From: Podarcis filfolensis | Taxonomy: Eukaryota | Reading direction: 5' to 3' (one strand) | Length of the DNA stretch: 64,000 nucleotides | Assembly (NCBI GenBank): GCA_964270895.1 | Contig: OZ185439.1 | Part shown: positions 26,600 to 39,669 of the stretch, in pieces | How the letters are laid out: every line of letters begins with the position of its first letter | Numbering within the stretch: position 1 is the stretch's first letter | Translations under genes and position numbers: made by a program | Notes under the pieces: model-generated | Database searches by the model: none | What the model was told of the DNA's origin: nothing | Seen by the model: only the letters and a program-made list of their open reading frames with translations

Positions 26600-27990
26600 G
26601 AATAAACGGAGCAGGATCCTAGCTCCTTGGCCACACGGACACAATGTGGCTGAACATAGGAAAGCAAGGAGCAAACCGATTAGGGGGACCGGGAAGCAAG
26701 AATGACCTGTGTGCAAAAATCTGGAAATGGGAGAGGGGCGTGGTCACCCCGGAACAATCCTGCTCTGCCATCATCCCCAGCAAGGGTAACTTTCCCAAGC
26801 CGAATCACCCTCTGACCAGGGGCGGGAGAGGGGGGGCGTAATATATATATAAATAAATATATAGTCGGGCGAGGGGGGGTGGGGAGGAGGCCACCCGAAG
26901 CACTTCCTTCCCTGACCCATTCCGGCGGACACAGCCCAGCTCACCCCCTTCCCCCAAACAAAGGGCCCTCTTCTCTCCCCCGTCCTCCCACCTTCCCGAG
27001 AGGGGGCGGGGGAGGGAGGGAGAGGAGAGACCAGGCCGGAGTGGGCGGGGCGGAGCCTAGGCCGCGGTTGCTCCGTGAGGCGCGAGGAAGGGGGAGGGGT
27101 GTGAGGCGCGCGTGGAGCGGCTAATCCGCGCGGGAGGGAGCGAGCGAGGGCGCGCGCGCGGTCAGCCGGCGGGCGAACCGAGGAGTGGGTGGGGGAGGGG
27201 CCCAGCGCTCTCTCTCCCCTCACTGTGTGGAGAGAGAGATGAGGGGAAGTGGGGCGGAGGTGAAAAGAGGGGGGGGGGTCTCCACACAAGCGGTCCGCTT
27301 CCCCTCCACCCGCCCGCCCGCCCAGGCTCCGCTCCCCTCTCCGCCCCCCCATGGTCCCTCACCCACACAGCGCAGCAGCCGGTGTCGCCACGAGTCGAGC
27401 TGGTGGCGGAAGCCGCGCCTCTCGATGGAGCACTCCTGCCTCCCGCACGGACTCGCCATCTTCTGGGGGAGGGGCCCCGAGCCTCCGCCGCCGCCGCCGG
27501 CACGCCCGCCGTTTGCGTCATGCGCACGTCATCGCGCACGGCCACGCCGAGGCGGGGGGCCACCGCGGGCGCAGCTACCGCCCAAACCTGGCCGCGCGCG
27601 GAAATGCGGCGGCGGGGGGGCGGGGGGAGGCGCGGACGGTTGGCCATGGCAACGGTGAAAGGCGCAGCAGGAACCGGGGGGGAAAGGGCTCCTCCTGGTC
27701 CGCGCGCCGGATCCTGTGGGGGACCCCTGGGCTCTGGGGGCGCAGAGAGGAAACGAGGAGAAGCAGAGAGCGGAGGTGCGCGTGGAGCCGAGTTCACGGG
27801 GCGGATCCAGGGTATCCATGGCTGTGTCTTCAACCCCACTGATGCCAGCGAGCCTGCCCTACGCATGAGTAACAACGGGATCCAGCCCTCCGTGCAGTAA
27901 TGCTTGGGTAGGCAACACCTAGGCTGCCGTCCTAATCGCACTTAACACAGGGAGTCCGTCCTAGTGAAACCCACGGAGACACTTGCTGCT
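26600..27990. promoter_or_regulatory. LCOR: CpG island / LCOR promoter and first exon
   Basis: Very high GC and CpG density, GC boxes, CRE-like ACGTCA near 27526, YY1 motif AAGATGGCG over the ATG. Confidence 0.9.
27363..27459 (-). CDS. LCOR: LCOR coding exon 1 [32 protein letters not shown](G)
   Basis: AAG ATG GCG start context, donor GTGG/gtgagg, 97 nt, phase 1; homologous to [26 protein letters not shown]. The exon 1 wording (CSIERRGF) fits LCOR better than LCORL. Confidence 0.88.
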
Positions 27991-29366
27991 GCCGAGTAAA
28001 TCTGGCGATGGTTCTGCTATTAAAAGAGAGAAATCTGACATGAGAAGAATTTGTGTTTTATATCAAGTACCTTTGTAAAAACCTGTAAAAGTCAGCATTC
28101 CTAGTGAAAACATAAACCATGGTGTAAAAAGCTCTGCTGGATCAGACCAAAGGCTAGCCTACTACCCCAGCAGCCTGTTCTCCCAGATGTTGATGATAAG
28201 CTTGCAAGTGGGACCTAAGTCCCACAGCATCCTCACCAGTTGCAATGCCCAGCAACTGGTACAAAGAGGCATACTGCCTGTGCCAGTGTTGTTGGAGCAT
28301 AACCATCATGGCTAGGTGCAGGATGCCTCTGTATACCAGTTGCTGGAAATCACATCTCTCTTGGATATCATGGATGTCATGGAGTCTTCATTAGGTTTAG
28401 CAACAATGCCTTTCATATTCTCACATCCCCATGCTGCAGCAATCTCCCAAAGCATTACCCATTGTGAACCATGTTTATGGTGGCAACAAACTGACCGAAC
28501 CAATGCCATGCTGACATTGCACATTTAAACCCAATAAACTCTTAATCCTGCTTCCTCCTTTCCAGCTATAATTCTGCTCTTTTTGCAGCAACAGAACAGG
28601 CCACACACACACACCAAACTACTAACAGCTGGAAAGAAAAAATCATTTTGAATTTTACCCCCCCCCCCCAAGTTTACCTGAGCCACATAGCACACCAGAA
28701 AATGGACAGGTGGGCATGGTTTGGGCCAAACTACTCGGACCAAATGTAGAGGCCTGGAAGGCACAATTAGGTCCATGGGCTGGAGGTTCCCCACCACTGA
28801 GAAAGCTGATATGTAGGAACCACATTCAGATTTTTAGCCCCACTCTTTTATATTGGTCTGCACACTATACAGTAGTTCAAAAGTCTGTTGTTAAAACATT
28901 TCCCACTTTCCTGAGTAGTGAGGAATTCCAGGAACAGCACTAACATATTTAGTTCCTTTTGAAGAGAGACAGCTAAAAAAACCTAAGGTGTTTTCAAAAT
29001 AGTGCTTTAATTACAAATATACAAGCAGAGCATAAGTAGCAGACAGACACACATAAGGCAGAAGATTCCCCATAGAGCAGAGAAACCCCTGAGGCAGCAA
29101 TTGCATTGCAGCCCCAAGCTAATTTTTCTGCTGCATCTTTCACTTACTCAAGCACAAATATCTGTCTTGTTAGCTGGAGGAGTGCCATCTTCTCCCAAGT
29201 GCTGACAGTGGATTACTCATACAAAAACCCAGGTTCTCAAGTCAACTATCAACCATCTCCTAACCGTAACTACCTACCTACCCATCCTATGAACTCACAA
29301 TCCACTGAACAAATAAATTGGTCAGCCAGCAAATATAATACTGCCATAAGCTACTTGAAAGTTGAT

Positions 29367-29499
29367 GGCTGCTGAGATAACTCAGTCAGTAGATCATGAG
29401 GCTCTTAATTGCAGGGTTGTGGGTTCCATGTTGGGCTAAAAGATTCCTGCACTGCAGGAGGTTGGACTAGAGGACCCTCTTCAATTCTAGTATTCTATG
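29367..29499 (+). mobile_element. tRNA-Lys-derived SINE with CR1-like tail (Squam2-like)
   Basis: Head resembles tRNA-Lys(CTT); tail GATTCCTGCACTGCAGGAGGTTGGACTAG..ATTCTATG. Confidence 0.75.
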
Positions 29500-29966
29500 C
29501 TGAGGTGTAGAAATACGCTTCTCTTCCTGTTCATTAAAGGCTTTGCAGCTGAGGCCAATTGTGTGCATACAATGAATAGTTAAAGTATTTAAGGACCCAC
29601 ACACGGAGATCCAGTTTCACCAAGTTTGTCCTGCACTGATTCAGTATTTCTGTTTTTATTTTCTGTTTTAATGTGAACAACCTTAGGAGGGTTTTCCTGA
29701 AAGGCAGCATACAAATTCTGAAATAAAATAAATCATGTCACTTAGTATTTGTGTTATCTTTACCACTGCCAGAGAGATGTGGTATTTAATCCACTCACTG
29801 CATTAGTGAACAAAGCTTGATGAGCAATAAGTGTTCTCTAATGTGTGTTCAAACTGTATAGTTCAGTGCCTTCCACTATTCCCTTCATCTCCTGATTTCA
29901 GATTCCATAAAGATATTTGCCATTTTTGGCACACTTGTATCAGAAGGAACAGTATCATCTGCTATA

Positions 29967-29968
<2 letters not shown>

Positions 29969-30015
<47 letters not shown>
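29969..30015. repeat. (TTA)n microsatellite
   Basis: About 15 units followed by an L2-like tail on the minus strand. Confidence 0.97.
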
Positions 30016-30082
30016 TATACCCCACCCATCTAGCTGGGTTGCCCCACCAACATCACCACATAATTCTGAGAAGCAAGTTGTA

Positions 30083-30192
30083 GGACAGGGACGGGAAAGC
30101 TGCGGCCCTCCAGATATTGCTGGACTGAAACTCCTATGAACACTGGCCGTGCTGGCTGGGGCTGATGGAAGTCTGAGCACAGCTTCCCCAGC
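30083..30192. mobile_element. hAT-type MITE fragment
   Basis: GCGGCCCTCCAGATATTGCTGGACT..GGCTGATGGAAGT; related pieces near 40310-40390 and 55575-55630. Confidence 0.55.
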
Positions 30193-32044
30193 CATGGTTA
30201 GGGTGATGCAACAATTTTTGTTTTGCACAAATTGAAATTGTACCTCATAACCATAAGATAAAATATAAACTTTCATATTAAAAAACCCCAGATCCCTGTT
30301 CTAGAAAAATTTAGTGCTGCAGTCACACAAGGGAGTAAGCCCCCATGCAACATAATGCAACTTACTTTCACATAAGCATGCATAGGATTGTATTATTGGT
30401 TAGGATTGTTACTGCATCTGTTAACTTCATATCATATGACATAGGCTTTCCCCATTGCAAAGGGGACATATCTCAGTGATTGAAGACATTTTTGTATGTA
30501 GAATATCCCAGGTTTAATCATTGGCATCTTCCATTTTAAAAACCCACATTCATATATCAAGGGTTAGGAAAGATCTCTGCCAAGAACTACTTCAAACCTC
30601 TTTCCAGATTTGTTCCATCATCAAATCTGACAAAGTAGAGCCCCTCCTTCTAAGATGAATGTCCTTAATTTGGTCAGTGTTGTAGACTCAATAAATTAAT
30701 GTAATGTCCAAACTTGCTTTTCAGGTTTTCACATGCATGAGTCTTTAAAGAGAGCAGAGAGTTCATATCAAATAATATACTTGAGGTAGTCTGCATTTCT
30801 TTATCCAGTGGTTATCAGTCACCCAGAAAGGGTGGCAGCACCCATATGAAGTATTTCACCTGTATCAACATTTTTGTATGAAGTGGGTATTTTTGTATGA
30901 AGTGGGTTTTAGTCCACAAAACTTTATGTGATAATAAATTTGTTAATCTTCAAGGTTGTTGTTGTTTATTTATTTTTTATTTTTTAATTTCTATTTTGTA
31001 TTTTAGTATTGTATTTTGTATTTTCAGCAAAGCAATGCCACACATATATTTCGTGAAGTAGATTGTTGACTAATGGCTCAGGCATGATGACCAATGTTTC
31101 CCTAAGGAGAACTAATGGTTAGAGGATGGTTTCTTGATCATCCCTCAATATTTTTTTTAAAGCACTTTTTGGAGGATGACTAATCTCTCCCCAGCTAAGC
31201 ATGGGTCTTAAAGTTTGTGGGTGGGAAAACTGTGGTTTAAAGAGCAGCGAGAAAGAGGCAGAGCATGAGACAGTGATGGAATCAAAGAAAGAGCGATTAA
31301 CTGGAGGCTGGAAAGCACCATGGGCGTAGAGGCACATCTCTCTGGGGAGTTGATGTGGGACAGTGAATCTACTGCCTTCTATGACTATTGGACTGCTTAC
31401 CTCTACATGTAACTGCTTGCATAACTATATCAAATATTACAATAATACCATCAGTCTCCAGAGATCTCTCCTGCAAAAGGAAGCTAAAACCCTGGTAGCG
31501 TTACCCTTTGACAGCTGGGGAAATGAGAAATACACATCAGTATTATAGCTCCCATATCTTCTGCTTCCTCTTCATATTTAATGGCATCTCCAGCCAAGTT
31601 GCTCACTAGATGTTTGGGGCTCCTATGATTGGCATGCTGAATATGCTATTCCCATGCTTGTGCCATCCAAGGACAAATGGAGCAGAGTTCCTTCTGGCAG
31701 AAAGGAAAGAAGCGAGCTCCCTTCTGTTCTCTGCCAAGTGACCATGGTCAATCTGGTCTTCCCCCTTGCCACTAGCCTTCCCAGAAGGGACAAGATGTAA
31801 CCTTTCAATAGCCTTGTGTTCTCTGGCCAATGGCAGAAATATCAAAGCATCTTCCCCATGTGCCCTAGATCTAGGACACCATACTGAAGGTATCTGTTGT
31901 TCCTCATTAAAACCAATAGCATAGTAAAAAGCCAGTAATAGAGAAGTGAGCAAAGGTTTTGACATGTGAGTTCAAGAACATAACCACCTCAGTGTGGTGC
32001 CCCGTGACAGCAAACAGTGGACAAGTTTGCTGCAAACCTGAGTA

Positions 32045-32387
32045 CTGGCAACTCCCCATTTACGCGGGGGTTATGTTTTGAGGCACTGCACATTTAAGTG
32101 AAATCACATATATTGGGAGCACCATTGAAAAAGCATGCAAACACCACAATTGCTCCCATCAAACCTTCTTGCTCAAACTCCAACTCTCCACAGGCCTCAA
32201 AAGGTTGGTGCAAGGGCTCCTGAACTTGCAATGGCTTGTGGGATTGCTAAGCACTGTGTTCGTGCCGTTTTGCAGTTTACATGCTTTTTAGGGCCATTTT
32301 TGCCCCTTTATGCCATTTCCAAGTTCGCAGCGATGCATGCATGCACCGTTGCACGTGTCTTGAATGTGCATAAATGGGAGTTGCCCA
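32045..32387. mobile_element. Tigger-like MITE
   Basis: Imperfect TIR GGCAACTCCCCATTTACGC / GCATAAATGGGAGTTGCC, TA flanks. Confidence 0.7.
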
Positions 32388-32968
32388 TACTGCAGTTCTA
32401 AAACATAAGCACATAGGTAGCACCATGAAGCCACTTTGTCGCTGAGCTTAGATGAGTGTGCACATCAATTATGTTAGGTGTCTTCTGAATAATTTTAACT
32501 CTGCTCTGGTTCTTCAGTTGCATTTTTGTCCTGTATTGGAATGGATATTTTAATATTGTTGAACATCGCCTCAAAACTTCGTGGGAGGCGATATAAAAAA
32601 GTTTTAAATAAATAAATAAATAAAACAATGAGTATAAGAATAGCAGAATACACTCAATCATGGTTGGAACAGTAGCAGTGAGTTCCACAAGCTCAATTTC
32701 AACTTGCAGTGCTCATGCTGAACACACAAACACTCCTTGGGCACCATATTGGGATAGTGTTATGCCAAAACCAAACTTCCCAACCAGACCTCAAGACTGT
32801 TAAAAGCAGAAAAGAGAAAGTAATTCTTTTGGTATTTATGTTATGGTTTGGGATCACTTGAGTTATTTGGAAGTACTGAGCTGTGAACTGAAGAGCACAG
32901 GGATACAACACCTGAAAATATGTTGAGCCAGTGATATTCTAGACATTGCTTCAGTCTAATATACTGTA

Positions 32969-33229
32969 CAGTGGACGCTCGGGTTGCGAACGTGATCTGT
33001 GCGGGATGCACGTTTGCAACCCGCAGTGTCCGCAACCTGCAGTGGTGCGTCTGTGCACACACAGGTTGCGATTCGGCGTTTCTGCGCATGCGCAAGGCAC
33101 CATTTAGTGCTTCTGCACATGTGCGACCACTGAAACCTGGAAGTAACCCGTTCCGGTACTTCTGGGTTTCGGCGGTCCGTAACCCAAAAAGACTGCAACC
33201 TGAAGTGTCTGTAACCCAAGGTATGACTG
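32969..33229 (-). mobile_element. Tigger-like MITE family A
   Basis: TIR CAGTGGACGCTCGGGTT / AACCCAAGGTATGACTG, TA flanks; inverted relative to 42961-43235. Confidence 0.85.
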
Positions 33230-33321
33230 TACTTCACACAGGGCAACCTTCTAGTGATATGAATGTACAATTTGGGGTGGCTAAATTCAGCATCCCAGGT
33301 TATCATGGTTGGGCATCTGTC

Positions 33322-33514
33322 AACATAGGAGCCAACCCCTAGGGGCTGAGGGGGCTTTGCCCCCCAGTAAAATATTTGAGGGGGCTGCCATTCCCCAAAA
33401 AAGTTGTTGGGCGTTGCCATTCAGATAGTGTGCATACACTGCATTGTGTAATTGATTATGAGGGGCAGGGCTTACCTGGGTCCCCCAGTATTTTTTTCAA
33501 GCTGGCCCCCCTGC
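33322..33514. mobile_element. hAT-like MITE
   Basis: Ends CATAGGAGCCAAC / AAGCTGGCCCCCCTG. Confidence 0.55.
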
Positions 33515-36120
33515 CTGTCAAGATGCATTTCAGTACAAGGACCCAATCACAAGCCACCTGCTGCACCCTCTGGCTCACTGTCTTGCCCTTTCCCTCTGTC
33601 TTAGATGGAAGGATGCAGCTTCCGCCTTCTCATTTGGCAGCCCTCTCTGTGGCAAGGGAGCAGCTGGTGATATGGCAGAAAGGGTGAAGTGGGCCCAACA
33701 CTGAGTGGGGTGACCAAGGGTGAGCCCACGCCGGCTTCACAACACAGAGCCTGCAACAAGGGATCGCCTAAAACCTATTTAAAGCTTGAGTGCTCAAATG
33801 CAGGTTATTCAATCAGCATTTGTGATGACATGTAAATGAGAGGCTTGAACATTTAAATATCTGTACAATGACAAGCTGACTTTAAAATTGCTACCTGTTG
33901 AACTCCTGGCTGGGTCACATCTTCCTCTGTTCGGAAGGCCTCAGAGCTTCACAGCAGGATGCCTGTTAACATCATAGGTGTCTACCCCATTTTTCTCAGA
34001 AAGTTACATCCTAAGCAGCTTACAAAGTATCTAAAAGCACATCATAATTTCCATGGCACTTTGAAATTGATGGATACATACTGGGTTTAGGCAACAATGT
34101 TATTCTCAGTTACACAGACATCAAAGCAAAGCTTGGAAGGCGGATTTTATTTCTGACATCTGTATGGTGCCTCTGGGTTCCAGAGGTTCTCTGGGCAGAT
34201 TTCATACCTTCACAGAAACAGCCGCTTCTCTTGCTCTCCAGCACTATCTCAGAACAACAAAACTAAAGAAGCACATGTCAGTGCAACTGAACTGTTGAAA
34301 AGTTGCTGTATCCCCTGCAAGCTAACACAGCACTGCATCCTAAAGCTTTGGGTTTTTTATATTTGATTTGGTAAGAGATTATATCAGCCACAATGCCTTC
34401 CAGGTCAGCATCTAAGAAGAGATTTACTACCAAAACCACTTGGTCCGCCCAAATTGTTTAATTTCAGCCAGCAAGTAATTTATGCATTGTAGCAAAAACC
34501 AACCAACCAACCAACCCAGGAACCAGTTTCCCCCTAATAAGTCCTTTCACACACCAATGAAGCTTTGGGTGAAAAAATGTCATCAGGGCATGTCTAGGGT
34601 ACAGCTACAATGGCACAGACATATAGCGTGAGACAGTGAGAAGCTTGTTCTGACATATAGTTCTGTTTAAGATTCATGTTGCATCTGTACCTCTGAACTG
34701 TAAAATGGAGAAGGAACTTCAGATAAGAAACTAGGAACTAGCTTCAGCCTCATGCTTTAAAGTTTCAGCTTTAAAGTCCTATACTGGCTTACTCAAACCT
34801 TTTCACCCCAAGTTGCATTACTGATTAACTGCTGTTTTACACTCCCTTTCATACTCGCTACAATTTTTAAGCAGTGCCTTGGACCTTTGGAAGTGGCAAA
34901 GTTCACACCACGAACAACAAAGGGAAACAAGTGCAATCCTGCAAGAGAAACAATGCTCCAGGCACATAATTAGCCATATTTCTCCATTGTGCAGGACCCC
35001 AATGACAAGTGTCCAAGAAATCTTGAGACTTGAATTCCAGGTTTGTTGTCTTTAAAGCATTTCCACCTTGTGAATTCCAGGTAAATGCGCCCTAGCTGAG
35101 AGCCCATGATGCAGGAGATCTAGGGAAAATATAGAGCTGGTAGCCAGGCCAAATTAAAAAGCAGCGGTGCCAAGGCATAGGATCAGGAAAGAGGACTCTG
35201 TTCTTAAGTGAGGAGTTTGTGGAGCAAACATGTAGAGAGCAAGCAAATGGGACATACTGACTTTATTTCGTATTATCAAACTGCTTATTAGTATTAAGTC
35301 TAGACAAATGTGTGGTTTCTTAACAGGCACTGCAAGGAGGAGCTGAAGAAACAGCAGCCCCCGATGGCTTTTTCTATCTGGCTTCAGAGAAACCTTCCCC
35401 AACATGGGTTTGGAATATCTGGAAGGCAACTCCTATCAGCTCCAGGGTGCCTGGCCAATTGTCTGGGCTGATGGGAGCTGGAGCCCAATGTCTGGAAAGC
35501 ACCATATTGAGGAAGGCTGCTCCCAAGGATGGATTCTGCTTCAGAGGAACTTGTTTCCTAGAAATACTCTTTATTTTGAGATTAGAGGAAAATCAGCTTG
35601 CCAAAATGATAAGAGACACAATGTACTAATAGTTTGAGAGAACCAGAGGGCACATATTAAGTTTTATCAAGCTGTGGCTGTTATAGAAGGTAGTGGAAAT
35701 GGGAGAATCTCAGTGTCATTACGGGAAGATATACTAGATACCGCGCCTAAGAAAGCCACAGGCACTTGCTCTCCTACAGGCCCCAAGCTGCAGCTTCCAC
35801 ACCAAATTGTCTGATGACATGATTGATCAGGCAAGTTGTAGCAGATATGGCACTCTCTCATGGATTCCCTTGTATCCTATCTGCTAATACTGAAGTCTCA
35901 TGTAGTGTCCTTGCTGCTAAGCAGGAGAATGGGAGTTGGTGCCAGCTGCAGCGATTCTGCAACCCTAAGACTACTTCCTCCCCAGGGAAAAAAACCACCC
36001 CTTGGAAGAACAGCCTGAGTGTAAGAAAGGATTTCCACACCTTCAATGCAAACATCTCTACCACATTTGCTACATCTGTTTCAGTGATGCAGGATAAGCG
36101 GGGAAAGCATGTGTCAAAAA

Positions 36121-36341
36121 CAGTCATACCTTGGAAGTCGAACAGAATCCATTCTGGAAGTCCGTTCAACTTCCAAAGCGTTTGAAAACCAAAGCGCAGC
36201 TTCTCATTGGCTGCAGAAGCCCCATAGGATGTTTGGCTTTCAAAAGAACGCTTGAAAACAGGAACAGTCACTTCCGGGTTTCAATTGTTCGGGAGCCAAA
36301 ACGTTTGAGAACTAGGCTGTTCAAAAACCAAGGTACAACTG
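36121..36341 (+). mobile_element. Tigger-like MITE family B
   Basis: TIR CAGTCATACCTTGG / CCAAGGTACAACTG; alignable with 47442-47693. Confidence 0.85.
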
Positions 36342-38760
36342 TACATAGAAATGCTAGCAGATGTTGTGTCCAATGAGGACTGAGTATACTCAGTGCTGGC
36401 TGACTGAAGGTTGGGGGGGGGGCAGAGGAAATGGCATAGTGTCTGGAAGAGAGCGTGTCTGACTGGCTCCCCGAGGTGGAGCACTCCAAATTGCAACCTT
36501 TTCCTAGAGATCCCACTTCTACTTTGATACTGTGGGTTCCTGAATTCTCAGTCCAGGCACCAGAGGGCACCACCTATTTCAAGAATGGATTCACAAACAT
36601 TGCGCCGTGTAGTCATAGTGAAGAGGAACTTGCCCAAAAGCAAGCCTGCATCCTAGTTGCTGGCAACTGACACGGAGTTTGCAAATAGAATGTGACTGTG
36701 TTTGCAATCATCAGGGAAAATTTTTACCTCTAAAACTGCATCCTGAAAAAGCTGCTCGGAGCTGTTGAAAAATTAGCTGTATAGCTGGAAGTCTATGTTT
36801 ACTGCGTATCTTCCCAAGCTGCAGGATAGTGTGTAGATAAAATAAATTCTATGGGGGATTTTATGCCTTGGTCTAAAAACTTCCCTAATAGATTCCAGTT
36901 GATGGTGCAGATTATGTTTTCTAAACCCTCTCTGCAGTGTCATTTCAAGGAAGTGGGCAACCATATGTATATAAGCAGGGGGTAGACACTCTCTTGCTGA
37001 GAACATGACTTAGCACAGCTCCCTAGGGGGAGACGGAACCAGTGCAAAGATGCCCCCTGCAGAACCCACAAAGTACAGAATACAGCAGCCTAGGTTGGAG
37101 TCAGCTGGTAATCCTGCCAGGATCTTCTGAATGGCATCTTATTCTCCATGCAAAGCAATGACTACATAAAAATCTCCTAGCTTGTATGGCTTGAGTGATG
37201 CATGGCACCAATCTCCAAGGAAATAGTTCAGGGAACAACTTGTGCTTTTAATGTTATTCTGTTCCGGCTTCAGCAATTATGCTGTTTATTGACTGATTTA
37301 TGTACAGTGCCATCCAGTGGTGAATGAGGCCACTTGCTCCAACTTGCTAAAATCCATCTCCCACACAGCTTCTCTGATCAGCTACTTGAAACATTCAGGT
37401 AGGACTTGAAACATTCAGGATGCTTGCTTTTGCCTTACTGCCAAGCAGCTAAGGCAAAAAGCACTGTGGCAGCAGGATGTGGGGGTTCCCCATGCTGCCT
37501 TGTGCTTCTGCCCCTTTCATTTTCTCCATCTCCATTCCCACATCTCACACTAATTCTTTCAAGCTATTAATTTCCTGCAGAATACCCGTTTTATTTAATG
37601 TCTGCTTAAGTTGTATTGGCAGAGATTTCAGAGCAGAATTCACAGGCCCTTAAATCAAGCACCATGCTAGCCTATTACTTGGGCCTGTGCACAGCCACAC
37701 GGAGGTACAGGTCTGATGGAAGACTGCTGGAATGTGTGCTGCTTGCACTTGAGCTAAGACCATGTTCCTACTGCAATTCAGCAAGAAACCTGAAGGATAC
37801 TATATTGGGCACAGACTCCAGTTCCCAGTGAGCCTCAGCTATCAATTTTTTTAAAAAAGGAAGAAAAAAGAGGCAGGTTTCTAGTCCTTACAGCTTGAAA
37901 ATTCTGTTTGAATTTCAGCAGGCAATGCCTACAGAGATCTCAAATATCAGAGGTGTTGCTAGACAAGATTCACAGTAATCAGGGCTTCAGCGTCCTTTGT
38001 AATTCCTTGCTCCTATCAGCAGCTAGAAAAAGGGGTGTATCCAAAGCAATGCCAAGTAACAGACTTTTCCCATCCCTGCATGTCTCACTGAATCTGTCCT
38101 GGCTTTCTCCCCACCAACCCTCCAGAGATTTTGGGGAGGGCACAGGGCAGGCATGAGAGAAGGGCAAGTTCCATTGCGCAAGCTTAAATCCATGGAGCAC
38201 ATTAGCTAGATACTTCCCAACGTGGTTGCCCTGGTACATCATCGTCATAGCAATAGTAATAATAATAATAATTATTCCTACTGTGGACTTGCAACTCTAG
38301 AAAAGGGGAGAACAACTCTGCAGGGTTTGTTGTAGAAATATACCATAGGCAGAGCAAACAGAGAAGGGGTGTGGCAGCACAGGAGACGTTCTGTGTGAGC
38401 AAGAGAACAAAACCAGCCCACCCAACCCCACAGGAGCTGAAACACATTAACTATTGGCCATTCAGAACTGTGGTGAGCCTACATTCTTTATAGCCCTGGA
38501 GAATGTAGACTGGGAGAAACTAGACAACAAGCAGCTTCCGCAGCCCCACCCACAGCCACCTTACAGCCCACCTGTGGCTACCACAGGTTTTTAAGACAAC
38601 AGCACAGCCTAACTTTGTGTGGCACCCGAGGTGACCCCTTCGGACCTCGATCAGATGAGCTTGATTTCACCCTGAGGCCTTGTACCTTGCCTCCTCCAAT
38701 CCTGCAGTGACAGATACAGACAGACAAAAAGTAGGAGACTGGGAAGATCTATGATTAGAG

Positions 38761-38766
38761 TTTATT
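38761..38766 (-). terminator. PPRC1: PPRC1 polyadenylation signal AATAAA
   Basis: About 275 nt after the stop; followed by a U/GU-rich tract (TTTTTGTCTGTCTGT). Confidence 0.8.
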
Positions 38767-39039
38767 GTCTGCATAGTGATTAAGTGGACTGAAGGCGGTT
38801 GATGTTGTTTTTCCATTCCTGTCCCCACTGTTAGAGAAAGTGTCCTTCCCCTTAAATAGTCCCTAGAAAAACAGCCAGGATAAAAATTGTTTATGGGATT
38901 TTTTTCTGTTATATTTCATTACAAAACCACGCTGGACATAGCAGCTAGGCCCAAGGGGCACCTGCCCCTGCAGCCAATCTGAGGTAAGGCTGGTGTAGGC
39001 AGATGCCTACCGGGCAACGTGAGCCCGAGAGAGCCAGCG

Positions 39040-39143
39040 TTACCTCTGCAGACTCCGCTGAGCCTGCTTCAATAAGGTGTCGAAGTCAAGGGAGTCAAAT
39101 TTGCTCCTCGCGGGAGCAGGCTCAAAGTCATCTCGGTTTGAGT
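39040..39143 (-). CDS. PPRC1: PPRC1 exon 14 (D)SNRDDFEPAPARSKFDSLDFDTLLKQAQRSLQR*
   Basis: tttttcag/AC, TAA at 39040-39042; characteristic PGC-1-family C-terminus. Confidence 0.95.
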
Positions 39144-39669
39144 CTGAAAAACACAAAGACAGTCACCGGTGAGTCAACTAGAATCAGCAGCCAGAAAAGT
39201 GCACTGGAATGGAAAGGCTGACTAGGCCTCTAGCCACCTCTACACTCCCCCTAGCCTGTTTGCCCCAAGAAAACTCTGGAATCAATTATTCCGAACTCTT
39301 CTCTCCCTCCCACCCTCTCTATCACACACAGGTCACGAATATACGGGGCTGTTACTATTACGTTATCCATTTTGGGTTTTTATGTTGAAAACCACCCTGT
39401 GATCTTTGGATGAAGGGCGGTATATAAATTTAACACATAATAAAAGGCAAAAATCAGTGCCAAGCTAGCTGAACCTCAACTGACAACTCCATTACCCAAG
39501 ATACTTAAGACCAAGCTTCCTTTGCTGTGTTGAGAGACACCTCAATGCAGGACTGACATTGCACAAAGAAAGTTCCAAGAACTTGGATACTCCTGTTTGC
39601 TCAATGTCTCAGAGAAAGTTCATGGCAACTGCGTTTAACCCAAACTCACAGTCACCTCCACGGACTCAC

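Noticed and set aside
26771-27941. Long ORFs (up to 262 aa) on both strands over the LCOR CpG island
   Set aside because: Stop-poor GC-rich sequence giving low-complexity G/P/R/A peptides; only the 97-nt exon has homology and a donor
31680-31970. Short motifs reminiscent of U22 snoRNA, and a 119-aa ORF
   Set aside because: Matches are scattered and wrongly spaced, there is no D box, and the region is intergenic; comparison is from memory only
35660-36110. Coding-like segment with Cys/His-rich short frames
   Set aside because: Frames are short and interrupted, with no recognisable family or splice context
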